A stretch of 56,927 bases of DNA from a virus. Below the pieces are notes generated by a model. That model searched no databases. It saw only the letters and a program-made list of their open reading frames with translations, and had not been told where the DNA came from. Made by a program: the position numbers and the translations under genes. The stretch lies in IMG/VR virus record IMGVR_UViG_3300045988_096557, one strand, 5' to 3'. Below, piece by piece: positions 54,205-56,927 of the stretch. Position 1 is the first letter of the stretch, and each line of letters opens with the position of its first letter.

Positions 54205-54324
54205 GGCGGCGCGTTTGCGGTTGCAACGCGCCGAATTTTTCGTTTACTAGTAATTTCAACAATTTTATCGGAAAAAATCGGTACAAATCGTTTAATTGAC
54301 TTTTCCCGAATTTCATGTTATAAT
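54205..54324 (+). repeat. Early-region cassette, copy 6: GC-rich hairpin, GAATTTTT, degenerate half-sites, and promoter TTGACT-17-TATAAT (54296-54324).
   Basis: Motifs read directly from the sequence. Confidence 0.55.
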
Positions 54325-54349
54325 AGAAGAAACAAAGGAGGAATTTAAA

Positions 54350-54964
54350 ATGATTTTTGATTTAGATTAGTTACTTGAGTTTTTTCATGCGTCTAAATCT
54401 ACCGTTACAACAAATTTTCCTAAATTTGCTTCTAATCAAGCTAAAAAAGGATATTTAATTACTAAATAGGGAATTGGCAAAGAAGCAACTTATGAAGTAG
54501 AAAAAATTACACCTAAATATATTGATCCTTCAAACTTTTCTAATCGAAAGATTGAAATCGCAGAGTCTCTCCCCGGAGAAATTTGGAAGACTACTTATTG
54601 CTCCAATAAGCATGAAGTTTCCAATCTTGGTAGAATAAGACGAAAAGATAATAAAACATTGATTAAAGGATCAATGACCTCAGACGGATATTTAAAAACA
54701 GAAATAATAAGAAATACTCCCCTCAGAATCCATCGAATTGTAATGCAAACTTTCAATCCTATTGAAAATTTTGAAACTAAAGTAGTAGATCACATCAATG
54801 GAGTTAGAACAGATAATAGACTTGAAAATCTACGTTGGGCCTCCCCAGAAGAAAATACTCTCTTGATGTTAAAAAATCGAGAGGAAATTACTCGTGAAAC
54901 TACTAGACTTATAAATAAGTATGGATATGAAAAAACGCTTGAATTAATTCAAGCAATACCTTGA
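54350..54964 (+). CDS. HNH homing endonuclease (NUMOD4 plus HNH), 204 aa, with 2 in-frame TAGs (54368, 54467).
   Basis: GEIWKTTYCSNKHEVSNLGRIRR...DGYL...HRIV...VDHINGVRTDNRLENLRWASPEEN is a classic HNH_3 motif set. Ribosome-binding site AAAGGAGG. The listed ORF 54659..54964 extends upstream in frame across two TAGs. Confidence 0.65.
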
Positions 54965-54968
54965 TATT

Positions 54969-55640
54969 CGGCGGGCCGCGCAGGGATGTGTCGGCCCGAA
55001 TTTCCCCGATCGGACCATAGCGCAAAATTTTCATAGCAACTTGGCCATAACGCAACTTCATAGCAATTTTCCCAAAATTCATAACACCCTCTTCCAAACA
55101 CCGATCGGCCCTACTTTACTTCTTCCTTTATCTAGTTCCGATCGGTCCAGCAATATTGGCTCTCTCGTCCAATTTTTTATAATAAAAATCTTAAAATTGT
55201 CAAGTATTCACAGTACCAAAACTTTCTAAAATACAACTAGCAATAGCAAAGATATAGCTATGAAAAACAAATACGACCAGAGATTTCTTTCGCGGAACCG
55301 ATCGGTTTAACACGATTTTATGATAAAAAATAGCTCAAAAATAGAGATTTTAGCTAGATAAACCGATCGGCCCGCGATCTTTTACCTCTTGTTATCGCAA
55401 AATATAACAAAAAACCTCTAAAATCTTGCAAAAATGCGCGTTTTTCTAACAAATTTACTTAAAAATAAGCAAAAAATGCCTCGTTTTTCTCAAAATTTCT
55501 TGATATTCACAGAATTAAAACCATTAAAGATACAGCAAACAATAGTAAAGATGTTGCTAACTATTTGAAAAGGAAAAATCTTTTCCGCGGGATTCCGTTA
55601 AAGCGATCTTTTTATCTAGACCCGATCGGTTCGACAATAT
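54969..55640. other. AT-rich non-coding region rich in repeats: a partial cassette (copy 7) hairpin, five CATAGCAA-like direct repeats, six CCGATCGG palindromes, and two 26-bp direct repeats. Candidate replication origin or partition site.
   Basis: CCGATCGG occurs at about 55006, 55100, 55137, 55297, 55362 and 55621, and again at 56316. No ORF of 60 aa or more is credible here. Confidence 0.45.
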
Positions 55641-55736
55641 ATAAAAAATATAATATAATATATACATAAGATAAAGAAAAGGAGGATTTTAGTTTAAGAA
55701 GCATCATAACGCTTTTTCTAACTAAAAGAACTTATT

Positions 55737-56192
55737 ATGAATAGTTATGAGATTATGATTCGTGATGCAATGCAGAATGGTTCTACTCAGGAGGAGATTG
55801 CAAAGGCATTTACTGATGCTATGAATAGAATCTCCGAGGCTAACGCCGCAGACCATGAACGAGATATTCTTCTGGATGAGATTGAGTCTACTTTTTATGG
55901 CAATGTTGATGATTTGTCTCTCACTGAGGATGACGTTGGTCGTGTAGCTGCGCTGGTTTATAGCAAGAGCAATCCTAAGTGGACAGCAAATGATATTAAG
56001 CAGTTTATGCAGGCTATGACTGTAACTGCTAAGACTTCCGCTCGAGTAGTCAATGCAAAGAGTCTTGATGAAGTAATTGACATTGCTGTTGACTCTATTT
56101 CTGATGCTCTCGCAAAGAGTGTGCCTCAGGTTAAGGGTAATACTAAGTCTGATGAAGATAGTATTATGGAGTTTTTGAAGCATTTAAAGTAA
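55737..56192 (+). CDS. Hypothetical acidic protein, 151 aa.
   Basis: Listed ORF ending at TAA. Confidence 0.5.
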   Translation: MNSYEIMIRDAMQNGSTQEEIAKAFTDAMNRISEANAADHERDILLDEIESTFYGNVDDLSLTEDDVGRVAALVYSKSNPKWTANDIKQFMQAMTVTAKTSARVVNAKSLDEVIDIAVDSISDALAKSVPQVKGNTKSDEDSIMEFLKHLK

Positions 56193-56211
56193 CAAGAGGA
56201 AAAAGATTAAA

Positions 56212-56245
56212 GGAGAGAGAAGTATTGTAGCTTCTCTCCTTTTTT
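56212..56245 (+). terminator. Rho-independent terminator (GGAGAGAGAAG...CTTCTCTCC followed by TTTTTTAT).
   Basis: A stem with a T-run. Confidence 0.6.
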
Positions 56246-56375
56246 ATATATATTATAATCGCGGAAGGCTAGGTTTACGATCGTTGTGACGAGTGTTGTG
56301 ATGGTTCGTACCTAGACCCGATCGGCACCCAACTCCATCATTTTATAAACTTCTTTTAATTTCCTTTAATTTCTT

Positions 56376-56795
56376 TCAATCTTCATATAAAGATAATCTA
56401 CATCTCTATCCAGTTCTATTTATCTCTCTTATCCTTCCAACCAAATCATATATCTCTCCATTTTTATCTCGATTTTTCAATTCGATTTCTCTAAAACCTT
56501 CTTCTAACTTTTCAATTCGTTTTTCTAAATCGGTTATAGAGTCCTCTAAATCTTGAGTAAAAACATCTATACTTATCCTATTATGATACTTATCTACTAT
56601 AACTCTACTTCTTCCTTCTACCTTTAAATTCTCTTCCATCCATTCTTCTAACTTATCATCAAATTTATTCTTTACAAAATATACCTTGCCTTCTTCTTCA
56701 TCATCTTTAAAGTAAACTAATACTGGTTCATACTAATTTAATCCATTCTTCATGAATTGATAATTTTCTACCTTAATCGGTTTAAATACTTCCAT
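56376..56795 (-). CDS. Hypothetical coiled-coil protein, about 139 aa, with in-frame TAGs. It extends the listed ORF 56406..56639 upstream to ATG 56795 and downstream to TGA 56376.
   Basis: Ribosome-binding site AGGAGGA plus ATG. Same-frame continuation across TAG. Confidence 0.4.
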
Positions 56796-56927
56796 GCCTT
56801 AATCCTCCTACTCATCGCTTTTTCACAAATACATAAAAAAGTCGCGACTGTTATCTTAACTCTGTTATCTAATATATGTTATATTTGTTGTATTGTCAGA
56901 ATACCATGAAATGGATTTTTATTTACT

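Noticed and set aside
55000-55640. Possible CRISPR array, suggested by the repeated CCGATCGG motif
   Set aside because: The repeats are only 8 bp, palindromic and irregularly spaced (37 to 260 bp), with no conserved 25 to 40-bp repeat unit and no cas genes. They are better explained as protein-binding iterons or an origin.
1-56927. TGA reassignment (code 4) or TAA reassignment as the explanation for fragmented ORFs
   Set aside because: In every junction examined by hand the interrupting codon was TAG, while TGA and TAA coincide with convincing gene ends (downstream ribosome-binding site and ATG, overlap signals such as ATGA/TAATG, terminators). TGA also ends many clearly complete early genes.
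1-56927. The window being a prophage embedded in a bacterial chromosome with flanking host genes
   Set aside because: Every gene recognised is phage-like or an auxiliary gene written with TAG-sense codons. There is no integrase or att site, and no host housekeeping cluster. Both window ends fall inside phage genes.

Overview
This window is a 56.9-kb contiguous piece of a tailed phage genome with a long non-contractile tail (siphovirus-like). It carries no obvious host genes. Base composition is AT-rich (roughly 30-35% GC) apart from a few GC-rich islands. The host is probably a low-GC Firmicute, judging from a SpoVT/AbrB-type regulator, many consensus sigma-A-like promoters (TTGACA-17-TATAAT) and strong AGGAGG-type ribosome-binding sites.

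The most unusual property is that the TAG stop codon appears to be read as a sense codon (stop-codon recoding, plausibly TAG to Gln, genetic code 15). When TAG is translated the supplied ORF fragments fuse into long same-frame genes ending in TAA or TGA; these include a terminase large subunit, portal, giant tape measure protein and tail fibres.

Layout:
(i) 1-3382, + strand. A diversity-generating retroelement (DGR). It comprises the 3' variable repeat (VR) of a target gene, an Avd-like ORF, a template repeat (TR) differing from the VR only at adenines, and a reverse transcriptase that itself contains in-frame TAGs. Two further ORFs follow.
(ii) 3429-41788, - strand. A late structural operon, in transcription order: two zinc-ribbon/DNA-packaging proteins, terminase large subunit, an inserted DUF559 endonuclease, portal, protease/scaffold-like protein, capsid proteins, head-tail joining proteins, major tail protein, chaperone, a roughly 2900-aa tape measure protein, a roughly 1300-aa fibre, and Dit/Tal-like tail proteins. 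A bidirectional terminator sits at 3384-3433.
(iii) 41891-56200, + strand. Early and auxiliary genes (FolD, a PARG-like macro domain protein fused by overlap to a PTH2 peptidyl-tRNA hydrolase, a SpoVT/AbrB regulator, an HAD nucleotidase, a DEDDh exonuclease, GIY-YIG and HNH endonucleases). They are punctuated by a repeated intergenic cassette (GC-rich hairpin, GAATTTTT, TTGCACAA dyad, consensus promoter), an array of four tandem consensus promoters, and an origin-like region rich in CCGATCGG palindromes.

All coordinates for TAG-containing genes were derived by hand translation and frame bookkeeping and should be verified computationally.
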